From Candidatus Latescibacterota bacterium (GTDB taxonomy: Bacteria; Latescibacterota; UBA2968; UBA8231): a DNA stretch of 64,000 nt. The notes beneath the pieces were generated by a model that saw only the letters and a list, made by a program, of their open reading frames with translations, made no database searches and was not told where the DNA came from. Below are positions 9,808-19,801 of the stretch, one piece after another. The stretch spans positions 5,440,001-5,504,000 of the forward strand of contig OZ241867.1 of the NCBI GenBank assembly GCA_965203175.1, in the 5' to 3' direction. The translations under genes and the position numbers were made by a program. Numbering within the stretch: the stretch's first letter is position 1; every line of letters begins with the position of its first letter.

Positions 9808-11130
9808 GTGAACGCGCGACAGGAAAAGCTGCTCAGAAGAACCTTCCTCGACTACCAGGCGACGGCCGAGTTTATGAAAAATCCGCTCATCGTGTCGCGG
9901 GCGGAAGGGCTCTACTACTGGGACACGGACGGGAAACGCTACTTCGACGGCATCAGCGGTATCTACTCAACCCTGCTCGGCCACCGTCATCCGCGCGTCG
10001 CAGAAGCCATGCGAGCTCAATGGGACAAGCTCGCCTTTGCGCCGCCCATGCACGGCACGGCCGACGTGACGCTCGACTTCGTCGAGAAGATAGGCAGCGT
10101 CACCCCCGACGACCTCAACTACGTAAAAGCGTTCAGCGGCGGCTCGGAGTCTATGGAGGCGGCGATTAAGTTCACGCGCCAGTATTTCAAGCAGTCGGGC
10201 CATCCGCACAAGTACAAGTTCATCAGTCGCTACCAAGCCTACCACGGCGCCACCATGGGAGCCATGGCGGCCAGTGGTACGGGAGAGCGCAAAACCCCAT
10301 TCGAGCCGGCCCCACCGGGCTTCCTCAAAGTATTCCCCCCAACGCACTACCGCGACCGCTTTGGCGACTGGGATGAGGCCAACCGGTTCGCGGCGCAACA
10401 GTTCGAGGATGTCATCATCAGCGAAGACCCGGCGACAGTGGCCGGCATCATTCTCGAACCAGTGTCGAACACGGGGGGTATCATCACGCCCACAGACGAG
10501 TACTTCCAGATCATCCGCGACACCTGCGACCGCCACAACGTCGTGCTCATCTACGACGAGATCATCACCGGCTTCGGTCGCACGGGAGCGATGTTTGCCG
10601 CCCACACCTTCGGGGTGACGCCCGACATTATCTGCGGCAGCAAGGGGCTGTCGAGTGGTGCCATTCCCCTCGGAGCGCTGATGGCTCGCGAGGGGATGGG
10701 GGAATACTTCTACGAGCAAGGCGAGAACTTCGCTCATGGTCACACCTACGCTGGCCATCCACTGGCCTGCGCAGTCGGCATCGCCGTGGTTGACGAAATC
10801 GTGGAGCGCGGCCTCGATGCCCATGCCCGCGAGATGGGCGACTACCTCGCTGCCAAGCTCGAAGGCCTGCAATCGCTCGGCGTCGTGCGGGAGGTGCGGG
10901 GCAAGGGGTTGCTGAGGGGGATTGAACTGGTGAAGGATACGTCAAGCCTCGCGCCGTTCCCAGCGCTGGGCAGGGCGCTCAAGAAGACGGCGCTGCAAAA
11001 CGGAGTCATCCTGCGGGTTGATCCAAGTTGGTTCGCCGTCGTGCCCGCCCTCATCATCGACAAGCCCCAGGTTGACGAGCTTTTCGACCTCGTCGAGCAA
11101 AGCCTCAAGGACGCACTTGACCAGGTCTGA
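9808..11130 (+). CDS. Class III PLP aminotransferase (omega-amine/taurine/beta-alanine-type)
   Basis: SGGSE, AYHGAT, DEIITGFGRTG, SKG (PLP Lys), GHTYAGHP. Confidence 0.88.
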   Translation: MNARQEKLLRRTFLDYQATAEFMKNPLIVSRAEGLYYWDTDGKRYFDGISGIYSTLLGHRHPRVAEAMRAQWDKLAFAPPMHGTADVTLDFVEKIGSVTPDDLNYVKAFSGGSESMEAAIKFTRQYFKQSGHPHKYKFISRYQAYHGATMGAMAASGTGERKTPFEPAPPGFLKVFPPTHYRDRFGDWDEANRFAAQQFEDVIISEDPATVAGIILEPVSNTGGIITPTDEYFQIIRDTCDRHNVVLIYDEIITGFGRTGAMFAAHTFGVTPDIICGSKGLSSGAIPLGALMAREGMGEYFYEQGENFAHGHTYAGHPLACAVGIAVVDEIVERGLDAHAREMGDYLAAKLEGLQSLGVVREVRGKGLLRGIELVKDTSSLAPFPALGRALKKTALQNGVILRVDPSWFAVVPALIIDKPQVDELFDLVEQSLKDALDQV

Positions 11131-11168
11131 TCGGCTGATCAGCGCCGCCTGAACAAGGAGATGCAGAG

Positions 11169-11873
11169 ATGGCGACGATTCAACTTCCAGTGAGATGGTA
11201 TTCCGGCTACGGCCCCGACAATCCCGACGGAAATCGTTTCGGCGACCTCGACCTGCCGTTGGCGACCACTGCCTTTATGATCGTGGATTCGGACTGCGGC
11301 GAGGGGAACCCCTGCGTCGAGGAGGGGATTGCGCCCGCGCTGAAGGCCGCCCGCGCCATCGGCATGCACGTGTTCTTCATTCACAACGACTTTTCCCTGT
11401 GTGACGAACCGGGCAGTATCAAGCGCGAGATCCACGGCACCCGCTGGGGCAACGAAGATGCCGCCGACCGCCCGGCGCCGGAGCGCAGCCCGCTGCAGCC
11501 GAACTATTCGCCGTCGATTCAGCCCCTCGCCCACGAGCCGGACTTTCCCAAGCGGGAGTGGTCGGGATTTCACGAGACCCACACCGACTATCACCTGCGC
11601 TGCCACGACATCAAGACCCTGATCGCCGTGGGATTCTCGCAGCGGTCCTGCCTGTACTTCACCTGTGCCGGCGCGGTGGAACACAACTACCGGGTGGTGA
11701 TGTTGCGGGACTGTACCCACTCGGCCGAGTACCCCGATACGGTGGACGACAGCCTGCCGGAAGGGGGATGGCTGCGCAAGATCATGCTGCGGAACTTCGA
11801 GCACGTAGTAGGCTACACCTCCACGTCGACGGAGTTCGTCCAGGCCTGTTCCGCGCTGAGCGCCGTCCCTTGA
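11169..11873 (+). CDS. Isochorismatase-family cysteine hydrolase
   Basis: Asp-Lys-Cys triad context IVD / PKREWSGF / GFSQRSC; RVVMLRDC. Confidence 0.78.
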   Translation: MATIQLPVRWYSGYGPDNPDGNRFGDLDLPLATTAFMIVDSDCGEGNPCVEEGIAPALKAARAIGMHVFFIHNDFSLCDEPGSIKREIHGTRWGNEDAADRPAPERSPLQPNYSPSIQPLAHEPDFPKREWSGFHETHTDYHLRCHDIKTLIAVGFSQRSCLYFTCAGAVEHNYRVVMLRDCTHSAEYPDTVDDSLPEGGWLRKIMLRNFEHVVGYTSTSTEFVQACSALSAVP

Positions 11874-11915
11874 CAACGCGTCCAGAAAGACTTCTTATCG
11901 TTCCGAACCATACAG
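11865..11915 (+). repeat. Direct-repeat copy of the promoter at 9743-9793
   Basis: 46/51 identity by manual alignment; its TTGACA contains the TGA stop of the upstream gene. Confidence 0.85.
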
Positions 11916-11937
11916 TAGCACAATAGGAGCACGAATA

Positions 11938-12741
11938 ATGGGACAAGCAATAACAGAGCGCGAGATCGAGACCATCGTCCGGGAGGTCACAGACGAGGAA
12001 GTCGCCTTCTACCACGAATACGGCTGGGTTATGATGCCGCGGCTCGTCGCTCCGGAGTTCGCCGGACAGCTTTTGCGCGTCGGGCAGGAGTGGGTCGATC
12101 GCAACGCTCAGGAGGTTGGCCACGGCAATCCACGCGCCGGCCTAGCGCGGAATCAAGAGACCGAGCCGTTTCGCTCATTCATGTTCAGCGAGCGCATGGC
12201 GCAAAACGCAACGCGCCTCGTGAACAGGAAGCGGCTCAAGGGAGTAGATGTTCCGCTCCGCTACCGCGTGGATATTCTCCTAAACAAGCCCCCCGGAGCA
12301 GCCGGGTCCACCTATCACCAGGACTCGTCCGAGCATGGCTCCGACCGGGTCGGCGAGCTCCAGTTCTGGCTGGCGCTGGCGGAAGTCACACCCGACATGG
12401 GTGCCATGCGGTTCGTCAGCCGCTCCCATCGCGAAGGACCGCTCGGTTCGGTGTTCAAGGACGACCAAGGCGACCTGCTCAAGCAGTTCCCGAATCTGAC
12501 GTCCGTGCTGGAACTCTCGCCGCCCTTCCACTACCAGCCGGGCGACTGCACCGTACATCACGGCTACACCGTCCACGGGGGTCCAGACAATACCACCGAC
12601 AAGCCGCGCTGGTCCTACCTCTTCTCGTATAGCCCCGCCGACACCCGCTACTGGAACGGCAGCGCCGCCAACTGGGGCAGTGAGCGGCAGCGCCTGAATG
12701 ACTCGGACAATCCCATGGTGCCCGCCGAGGCCGGACCGTGA
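11938..12741 (+). CDS. Phytanoyl-CoA dioxygenase (PhyH) family Fe/2OG oxygenase
   Basis: HQD facial-triad motif, WLAL, SH, TVHGG..N..R. Confidence 0.85.
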   Translation: MGQAITEREIETIVREVTDEEVAFYHEYGWVMMPRLVAPEFAGQLLRVGQEWVDRNAQEVGHGNPRAGLARNQETEPFRSFMFSERMAQNATRLVNRKRLKGVDVPLRYRVDILLNKPPGAAGSTYHQDSSEHGSDRVGELQFWLALAEVTPDMGAMRFVSRSHREGPLGSVFKDDQGDLLKQFPNLTSVLELSPPFHYQPGDCTVHHGYTVHGGPDNTTDKPRWSYLFSYSPADTRYWNGSAANWGSERQRLNDSDNPMVPAEAGP

Positions 12742-13463
12742 ACCTCGAAGGACACATCGCCGTCGTCACCGGAGCTAGCCGCGGCGTCGGACGGGCAATC
12801 GCAGATGCGCTGGAAGCGCGCGGCCTTGCCGTCGCAACCATCGCGCGCCGCTCGGCGCAATTCGCAGCGGATGTCTCGAACCCGGCCGATGTTGACCGCC
12901 TCAAAACCGCAGTCGAAGCCGAGTTCGGCCGGCCCACCGTTCTCGTCAATGCCGCCGGGGTCTTCGGCCCAATCGCCCTCGTAAAAGACAGCGACCCCGA
13001 AGAATGGGTCGAAACGCTCAGGATTAATGCGGTGGGTCCCTATCTCGTATCTCGCGCGTTCCTCGACGGAATGCTAAACGCAGGATGGGGTCGGATCGTG
13101 AACCTTTCGTCGGCGGCGTCGCTGCACACACCTGGGCGGCTCAACAGCGCCTACGGCACGGCAAAGGTCGCTCTCAACCAGTTCACCCGCCACCTCGCCG
13201 CCGAGCTGGAGGGAACGGGCGTCACGGCGAACGTCATCCATCCCGGCGACGTCAAGACCGCGATGTGGGCGGATATCCGCGACAAGATGGGCAGTGTCAG
13301 CGAGAGCGGCTACCACGACTGGGTGGCGTGGGTGGAGCAAACAGGTGGGGATCCGCCAGAGAAGGCGGCCAAGCTCGTGATCGACATCATCGAGAGCGAC
13401 GTCAACGGACGCTTTCTCTGGATCGACGATCCGCTTCAGACCCCGATCCCGAGCTGGGATTAG
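12738..13463 (+). CDS. Short-chain dehydrogenase/reductase
   Basis: TGASRGVG, NAAG, YGTAK (YxxxK); GTGA overlap with the PhyH gene. Confidence 0.88.
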   Translation: MNLEGHIAVVTGASRGVGRAIADALEARGLAVATIARRSAQFAADVSNPADVDRLKTAVEAEFGRPTVLVNAAGVFGPIALVKDSDPEEWVETLRINAVGPYLVSRAFLDGMLNAGWGRIVNLSSAASLHTPGRLNSAYGTAKVALNQFTRHLAAELEGTGVTANVIHPGDVKTAMWADIRDKMGSVSESGYHDWVAWVEQTGGDPPEKAAKLVIDIIESDVNGRFLWIDDPLQTPIPSWD

Positions 13464-13502
13464 GCGGCGAAGTCAGAACGACGCAGCAGACAATGCCCAA
13501 GG

Positions 13503-15131
13503 TCATTGATCCGTTGGGCTATAAATACTCTTCATCTCCCAAGCATCCAAAACAACCAAGCGCACATCCCGGCCCACCGCCCGCATTGCCACGCCGACGC
13601 TGTCCTGGCGGCCAGGATACACCCGCACAGCGAGGCATTGCCTGTTGTTGGCAAAGACTTCGACAATGCTTTTGTCGACGAACACCCGCATCTTGAGATT
13701 CTCCTCCGGCGCCAGGAACACCGGGGCAATCTCCGGAGGCCGCGATCGCGCCTCAGGCTGTATCGATGCATGGGAAGAATCAAGGGCGACTAGGCTGTAA
13801 GTGCCCTCATTATTGGGCGGCGTCCCGGCCCCGATACCGGGCTCAAGGGGCTTGACGCCGCGGTCCCGGTAAAAGGCGATCCGGGTGTACTCCTGCTGAT
13901 CCGGTGAGCGCAAAACATCCAACTCGATCAAGGGCGCACCGTTAGTCTCGACTTCGAGGCTTAGCTCAATAGCATTGCCGGCGAGTTGGTCGAAAACGAT
14001 CTCGCTATTGCCCTTGATGGTGCAGTCGGCGATCTGCGTATGGCGGCCGCGTAGCGATTCGATATCCCCGGTCGGTTCAATCTGTACCTCGCCGCTAGCG
14101 CTCAAGCTCAGACGCCGGGGCAGGCTCATAAGCTGCTGTCCTTCCCAACAGCCAAAGTGGCGGATCTGGCGTTCCTCCTCGCTCCAACCTGGGCTCGGCA
14201 TCCCCCAATTGACATTAAAGATCGCAATCAATCCCCCCTTGCCGTCGGGAGTAGCCGATGGCGCGTGTATCCCCCCGGGCCAAGAGGCGCCAAAGTTGAA
14301 ACGGCCGTAATCGCGAGCGATCAATTTGTCTCGCGCTTGGTCGTAATCGCCAATTAGGTACTGACCACCGTTGCGATGGCTGTAATACAGCAGCATGTGT
14401 TTGTCGCCGATGGGCCAAAAATACGGACAGGCCCCGTCGTCACCGTTGCCGCTAAACAGATCGTCTTCGACAAATGGGTGCAGGTATTCCCAGGTTTCGA
14501 GATCCTCCGAGCGAAAAAGAAAATTCGCCCGGCGCTGTAGGCCCCTCGGGCCAGTAGGCAGTGTGCCCCCTGAAAGCGAGTAGTAGGCCCCGTCCTTTTT
14601 CCAAATGCACGGATCGTAAACCCGGTAGGGTTGACTGGGCTCGTTGGCCTTGGGCTCGGGGATACCCCCGGGCACTTTTTGCCAATTCAACAACAGAGGA
14701 TCGCGGCTGATGGCGCTTACATTGCCTACTTGGTGGCCGTAATAGTGAACTATGACCCGATCCCCATCGACCAGCGACGCGCCAGACCAGCAACCGTGTT
14801 CAGGATGGGGATAGATGGCGTAGGGCAAATCGCGCCAGTGGATTAAGTCATCGCTGACCGCGTGGGCCCAGTGCGGCCGCGGGTCTTCAGGGGGAAAGGC
14901 CTGGTAGAACAGGTGCCAGCGCCCCTGCCAAAAACACGGCCCATTGGGATCGTTTAAGCGGCCATCCGGGTTGCAAAAATGGTATATGGGACGCACGGGG
15001 TCGTCGGCATGTGCCTGCCTAGTGGCCCTAAAGCGCTGCAGGAGCGGGTTTGTTCGCAGTTGGGCTTCCTGCTCGGCGAGGGTATCGCCAAAGCTATACT
15101 GGGCAACGCTCGAGGTATGATCAGGTTGCAT
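13503..15131 (-). CDS. Glycoside hydrolase family 32-like protein (atypical catalytic motifs)
   Basis: NDPNG, WHLFYQ, WAHAVSDDLIHW, WSG, C-terminal VFVDKSIVEVFAN beta-sandwich. Confidence 0.82.
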   Translation of the reverse strand: MQPDHTSSVAQYSFGDTLAEQEAQLRTNPLLQRFRATRQAHADDPVRPIYHFCNPDGRLNDPNGPCFWQGRWHLFYQAFPPEDPRPHWAHAVSDDLIHWRDLPYAIYPHPEHGCWSGASLVDGDRVIVHYYGHQVGNVSAISRDPLLLNWQKVPGGIPEPKANEPSQPYRVYDPCIWKKDGAYYSLSGGTLPTGPRGLQRRANFLFRSEDLETWEYLHPFVEDDLFSGNGDDGACPYFWPIGDKHMLLYYSHRNGGQYLIGDYDQARDKLIARDYGRFNFGASWPGGIHAPSATPDGKGGLIAIFNVNWGMPSPGWSEEERQIRHFGCWEGQQLMSLPRRLSLSASGEVQIEPTGDIESLRGRHTQIADCTIKGNSEIVFDQLAGNAIELSLEVETNGAPLIELDVLRSPDQQEYTRIAFYRDRGVKPLEPGIGAGTPPNNEGTYSLVALDSSHASIQPEARSRPPEIAPVFLAPEENLKMRVFVDKSIVEVFANNRQCLAVRVYPGRQDSVGVAMRAVGRDVRLVVLDAWEMKSIYSPTDQ

Positions 15132-15287
15132 ATAGTCAGACTTCCTTGGTTAAGTAATAGGAAAAATGAAGAACCTTTTTTCGCTGCTCTGTCAAGGCAT
15201 TGTGCAAATTAGCATGACGCTCAAAATTAGTCTTGCCAAGGTTGCCTATCTCAAGCGAGAATTGGCACAAACTATACAAAAAAGAAT

Positions 15288-16499
15288 ATGCCCCCTCACT
15301 ATCCACCCCTCTACCTGCGCCCCAACAGCGAGCGCACCGTGCGCAACGGCCACCCTTGGGTCTTCTCCGGCGCGGTCGAACGCCCTCCCCGGGACGCCGA
15401 CACCGGCGATATCGTCGATGTCTTTGACGCGCACGAGCGCTTCGTCTGTCGCGGGTTCTACAATCGGCGCTCGCTGATCCGCGTGCGCAGTCTCACCCAA
15501 GACCCCCGCCGCCCCATCGACGCAGCCTTCTTCACAGAGCGCATCGCCCAAGCCATCGCCCTCCGCCGCAATGCCGGCCTATCCGCCCACACCAACGCCA
15601 TGCGCCTAGTCCACGGCGAAAGCGACGGCCTACCCGGCCTAATCGCCGACGACTACGCCGGCTACCTAGTGGTGCAATTCCACACCGCTGGCATGGAAAA
15701 ACAACGCCCCGCCATCCTCGACGCGCTCCAATCCCTGCTCGCCCCCCGCAGCCTGTACGAACGCAGCGATGTGGGCACCCGCCGCGCCGAGGGACTAGAC
15801 GACCGGCCCACCGGCCTGCTAGCCGGCGAAGCACCGCCCGAATTCGTCGAAATCGAAGAGCACGGCACGCGCCTCTACGCCGACCTCTATCGCGGCCAGA
15901 AGACCGGCTTTTTCCTCGACCAACGCGCCAACCGCTGCTATCTCCAGCAGCTCGCCCGCGACCAGCGCGTGCTCAACCTCTTCTCCTATTCGAGCGGCTT
16001 CTCCGCCCACGCCCTTAAAGGCGGCGCATCCCGCACCCTCGACGTCGATATATCGCCCCAAGTCGTGCCTGCCGCCCGCCGCACCCTCGCGGCCAACCGC
16101 CCCCAAGGCTCCCACTCCGACCTGTTGATCGCCGATGTCTTTTCCTTTGTGGACGAGCTGGCCGACCGCGGCCCCCGCTACGATATCGTCGTCTGCGACC
16201 CCCCCTCGCTGATGCGCAAACGCAGCCAATACAAACAGGCCATGGGCATCTATACCAAACTCAATCGCAACGCCTTCCGCCTCATAGCCGACGGCGGGCT
16301 GCTGGTGACCGCTTCGTGCTCGTCGCGAATTTCCCAAGAGGACTTCTTTCAAATCGTCCGCCGCGCCGCCGCTGGTGCCCGAGTCCGCACCCGCATCCTC
16401 GCCTACAACCTGCACCCAGCCGACCATCCAATAGACCCAGCCTTCCCCGACGGACGCTATCTTAAGTGCATCTTCGCCCGCGTCCATCGCCCTTCTTGA
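15288..16499 (+). CDS. rlmI: RlmI/RlmK-like class I SAM-dependent 23S rRNA methyltransferase
   Basis: PUA domain GHPWVFSG, HGESDGLPG, GQKTGFFLDQR, VLNLFSY, DPP, ASCS, YLK. Confidence 0.82.
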   Translation: MPPHYPPLYLRPNSERTVRNGHPWVFSGAVERPPRDADTGDIVDVFDAHERFVCRGFYNRRSLIRVRSLTQDPRRPIDAAFFTERIAQAIALRRNAGLSAHTNAMRLVHGESDGLPGLIADDYAGYLVVQFHTAGMEKQRPAILDALQSLLAPRSLYERSDVGTRRAEGLDDRPTGLLAGEAPPEFVEIEEHGTRLYADLYRGQKTGFFLDQRANRCYLQQLARDQRVLNLFSYSSGFSAHALKGGASRTLDVDISPQVVPAARRTLAANRPQGSHSDLLIADVFSFVDELADRGPRYDIVVCDPPSLMRKRSQYKQAMGIYTKLNRNAFRLIADGGLLVTASCSSRISQEDFFQIVRRAAAGARVRTRILAYNLHPADHPIDPAFPDGRYLKCIFARVHRPS

Positions 16500-16509
16500 T
16501 GCTGCCGGG
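16478..16509 (+). repeat. Left direct repeat (3' end of rlmI-like gene), candidate island boundary
   Basis: CCGCGTCCATCGCCCTTCTTGATGCTGCCGGG matches 40426-40457 at 29/32, with a 17-bp identical core spanning the TGA stop. Confidence 0.8.
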
Positions 16510-16589
16510 GAGTCGGCACAACTTTAGAACTGAAGTGATCCAAGCCGACTGCGAAAGCGTATATTCCAATGGATGGACTGAGTTAGACC

Positions 16590-18038
16590 GTGCTCCTGCT
16601 CCTTTTGCTCGCTTGGGGCTGTGCCCGCGACGATCCGCTCCTAGTCGAGGGCCGGCAACACTTCCACAATCGAGACTACCAAGCCGCGATTGTGGTTTTG
16701 CAGCAAGCTGTACAACGCCCGTCCCCGTCGCAAGTCGCCTATCGCTATCTAGGACGTTGCTACCTCCAAGTCGGCCAATACGAGCAAGCGCGAGAAACAG
16801 CGCGCGCTGGCCTAGCTCTGGCCCCCAACGACCCCGAACTCTACGACCTGCTCGGCGCTATCGAGATGACCCGCGCATTCGCCGAGGCCCGCTATAGCGA
16901 TACCGATGCCGCCCTGCGAGCCTTCCAACAGGCCATCAAACTCGACTCGCAACGCGCCACCACCCACTACAACCTCGGCCTCGTGTACAGCTACCGCGAC
17001 AGCGCCCACCTCGCCGAGCGCGCGTATCTATCCGCCTTGCAGGTAGATTCCACGCTCGCGCCAGCCCACAAGAAGTTGGGCCTGTATTACCGACGACAAG
17101 GGGCCTTAGACCAAGCCCTCAGTTATCTACAACGCGCCGTGCAGTACGCACCCGAAGACGCCGAAGCACATTTCCACCGCGGCTTACTACTCCGCGCTCA
17201 AGGGCACTACGACCAAGCCGTCGAGGCGCTAGAGCAGGCCGCCGAACTCAATCCTCATTCTCCGCAAGTCCACTTCAATCTGTCGCAACTCTACTTGCGC
17301 ACCGGGCAGCGCGAACAAGGAGAAAAGGCCCTAGCGCGCTCGGAAATCCTCCGCCAGCACCACCGGGGCATCGGCTCGGAACAATCCCCGCCTGCTGGGA
17401 GCGCAGTGACTGTCGGCTCGGCCACGGCCCGCTACAATCTCGCCCTAAACCTCGCCCTACAAGGCCACTACGACCAAGCCATCCTCGAATATCAAAACGC
17501 TCTCGCCATCAATCCCAAACTAAAAGACGCCCACAGCAGCCTCGGCGTCCTATTCACCTATCAGGGCGATTTGGCCGCGGCAGCCGAGAGCTTTCGCCAA
17601 GCTCTTGCCCTCGACGAAGAAGACCCACTCAGTCACACTCGGTTGGGGATGATCCTCCTCAAGCAGCAACGCTATGCGGAGGCTCGGGCCAGCCTGCTGC
17701 GCGCCGCCGCACTCGACTCTAGCCTGCACGAGGCCGCCTACGGACTCGGCTTGGCTGCGGTCCGCACAGGCGATTTGACCGGAGCCGTCGCTCACTTTGC
17801 TGAGGCCTCCCGACTCAACCCTATGAGCGCCGCCGCACAGTTGAACCTCGGGGTGGCATACGCGAAATTGGCCCGATTCGACGAGGCCGCCCGCGCCTAT
17901 GCCCGCGCCGTTGAGTTGGATCCTGCCAATGACCGCGCCCATCTCTACCTCAGCGACGCCTACCAGCAATTGGGGCATCTGCAAAAAAGCCAAGCGCACC
18001 GCGAAAAAGCACGGCGGTTAGCGCGCGAGGTGCCGTAG
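16590..18038 (+). CDS. TPR-repeat lipoprotein
   Basis: LAWG-C lipobox; many 34-aa TPR units (YNLG..Y, AEAHFHRG, A..LNP). Confidence 0.85.
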   Translation: MLLLLLLAWGCARDDPLLVEGRQHFHNRDYQAAIVVLQQAVQRPSPSQVAYRYLGRCYLQVGQYEQARETARAGLALAPNDPELYDLLGAIEMTRAFAEARYSDTDAALRAFQQAIKLDSQRATTHYNLGLVYSYRDSAHLAERAYLSALQVDSTLAPAHKKLGLYYRRQGALDQALSYLQRAVQYAPEDAEAHFHRGLLLRAQGHYDQAVEALEQAAELNPHSPQVHFNLSQLYLRTGQREQGEKALARSEILRQHHRGIGSEQSPPAGSAVTVGSATARYNLALNLALQGHYDQAILEYQNALAINPKLKDAHSSLGVLFTYQGDLAAAAESFRQALALDEEDPLSHTRLGMILLKQQRYAEARASLLRAAALDSSLHEAAYGLGLAAVRTGDLTGAVAHFAEASRLNPMSAAAQLNLGVAYAKLARFDEAARAYARAVELDPANDRAHLYLSDAYQQLGHLQKSQAHREKARRLAREVP

Positions 18039-18157
18039 CTCCCGTACCGTGCCAACGCATCCTTCTGCTACCTCGCGGCGGCCTTTCCGTTTCTCATCCG
18101 TCTCACCGCAAATACCAACCGCGGCCAACAGCAACGCCACAGCCTCGTCTCTATCGT

Positions 18158-19801
18158 CTATTGACGCGGCTCAACAACGGTCAGGACCTGGTCGGCAGCA
18201 ATGTCTCTCAGCACCTGAACTATCCCGCTGGGCCAGCGTACTTCGAGCCGATCCACGCGCTCGGCCGGTCCCAAGCCAAAGTGCAGCCGCAGATCGTTGT
18301 GCGACAAATAGCTTCCCCCGCTTTGCACCTCGGCGTGCTGGATCTGTCCGCCGGCATGGATAATAACCCGCGCACCAATCCCGTCGCGATTGCTTACCGT
18401 GCCCTCCGTGCGCACCAGCAGGTAGTGATTGCCGTGGTCGCCGTCGTTGCGCAACAGGGTTGGCGGGCCGTTGAGATTGAGAATAAATAAGTCGATGTCC
18501 CCGTCTCCATCGTAGTCAGCGAAACTCGTCCCGCGGCTGACACGACGCAACGCAAAGCCCGCGCCCGCTGCGGTCGCCACCTCCACCAGCCGTCCGCCCC
18601 TATTCTCAAACAGCGAGTTACCTTGTTGGTAGCTAGAGTTGACTCTCGGCAAGTCGGCCTGCGGGTAGGTGTGGCCGTTGGCCACAAAAAGATCGCGATC
18701 GCCGTCGTTGTCGTAGTCGAAAAAGCCCGTGCCCCACGAGACCAATTCGGCCGGTGCAGCCCCGATCCCCACAGCAAAAGACACATCCGCAAAAAATCCT
18801 CTACCCTCGTTCTTGTAGAGCGCGTTGTACTCGTCGGCAAAATTGGTGACAAAGAGGTCGAATAGGCCGTCGTTGTCGTAATCGCCCCACGCGGCCCCCA
18901 TACACCCCTGCGTCACGCCTTCCCCGCTGTACGCCACCCCGGCCATGAGCGCTTCCTCGGCGAAGCGACCATCCCGGCGATTGCGAAAAAGCAGGTTGGG
19001 CGTGGAATCGTTGGCCACGAACAGGTCGGGCCACCCGTCGGCGTCGTAGTCGCCGAACAGGGCACTCATGCCGTAGAACTTTTCGCCTTCCAGCCCGGCC
19101 TGTTTCGTCCACTCGGAGAACGTCCCGTCGCCGTTGTTGCGGTAAAACACATCCGCCGCCGGCAGCAAGCCCACCGGCCCGCAGTACACCTTCACGTTCT
19201 TCCATAGGCAGGGTATTGGGGATTCGTAGTCGAGGGAGAAATCCACGTAGTTGGCCACGTACAAGTCCACGTCGCCATCGCGGTCGTAATCGCCAAAACT
19301 GGCACCCGTGCCCCACCCCATATCGCCTACGCCGGTTTCCACCGTCACATCGGCAAAACGGCCGGCACCCGCATTGCGATACAGGGTATTGCGGCCAAAG
19401 TTGGTAACGTAGAAATCCGAGTGGCCGTCGTTGTCGTAGTCGGCCACCGCACATCCCATTGACCAACTCGTATCGCCCACGTCAGCGGCGACCGTCACAT
19501 CGGCAAAGTGACCACCGTCGTTGCGATAGAGTTGGTTGGCCGGATGCTCGCCTGCGGCAAAGCTCGCAAAGGAAGAGCCGTTGGCCACGTACAAATCCAC
19601 GTCGCTATCGCGGTCGTAATCGAAAAAGGCCGCACCGCCCATCATCCCCTCGACTATGTAGCTTTGGTCAGTGCCTGAGACATTGCGCTGTGTCAAGCCG
19701 GCCGTCACTGCTTGATCGACAAACTGCGCGGCCAGCGACTCGGTCCACCCACTGGTGATCCCGATGAGGCACCCGACCGCGCACTTGTAGAGAGATTTCA
19801 C
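18158..19801 (-). CDS. CRTAC1-like FG-GAP repeat protein with ASPIC/UnbV domain, secreted
   Basis: About 7 DYDxDGxxDLxVxN repeats; SNRDGIGARV, GSYLS, LHFGLG, VRWPSG. Confidence 0.9.
   Translation of the reverse strand: MKSLYKCAVGCLIGITSGWTESLAAQFVDQAVTAGLTQRNVSGTDQSYIVEGMMGGAAFFDYDRDSDVDLYVANGSSFASFAAGEHPANQLYRNDGGHFADVTVAADVGDTSWSMGCAVADYDNDGHSDFYVTNFGRNTLYRNAGAGRFADVTVETGVGDMGWGTGASFGDYDRDGDVDLYVANYVDFSLDYESPIPCLWKNVKVYCGPVGLLPAADVFYRNNGDGTFSEWTKQAGLEGEKFYGMSALFGDYDADGWPDLFVANDSTPNLLFRNRRDGRFAEEALMAGVAYSGEGVTQGCMGAAWGDYDNDGLFDLFVTNFADEYNALYKNEGRGFFADVSFAVGIGAAPAELVSWGTGFFDYDNDGDRDLFVANGHTYPQADLPRVNSSYQQGNSLFENRGGRLVEVATAAGAGFALRRVSRGTSFADYDGDGDIDLFILNLNGPPTLLRNDGDHGNHYLLVRTEGTVSNRDGIGARVIIHAGGQIQHAEVQSGGSYLSHNDLRLHFGLGPAERVDRLEVRWPSGIVQVLRDIAADQVLTVVEPRQ

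Noticed and set aside
15263-15278. TGGCAC upstream of rlmI as a sigma54 promoter
   Set aside because: No TTGC/GC at the -12 position
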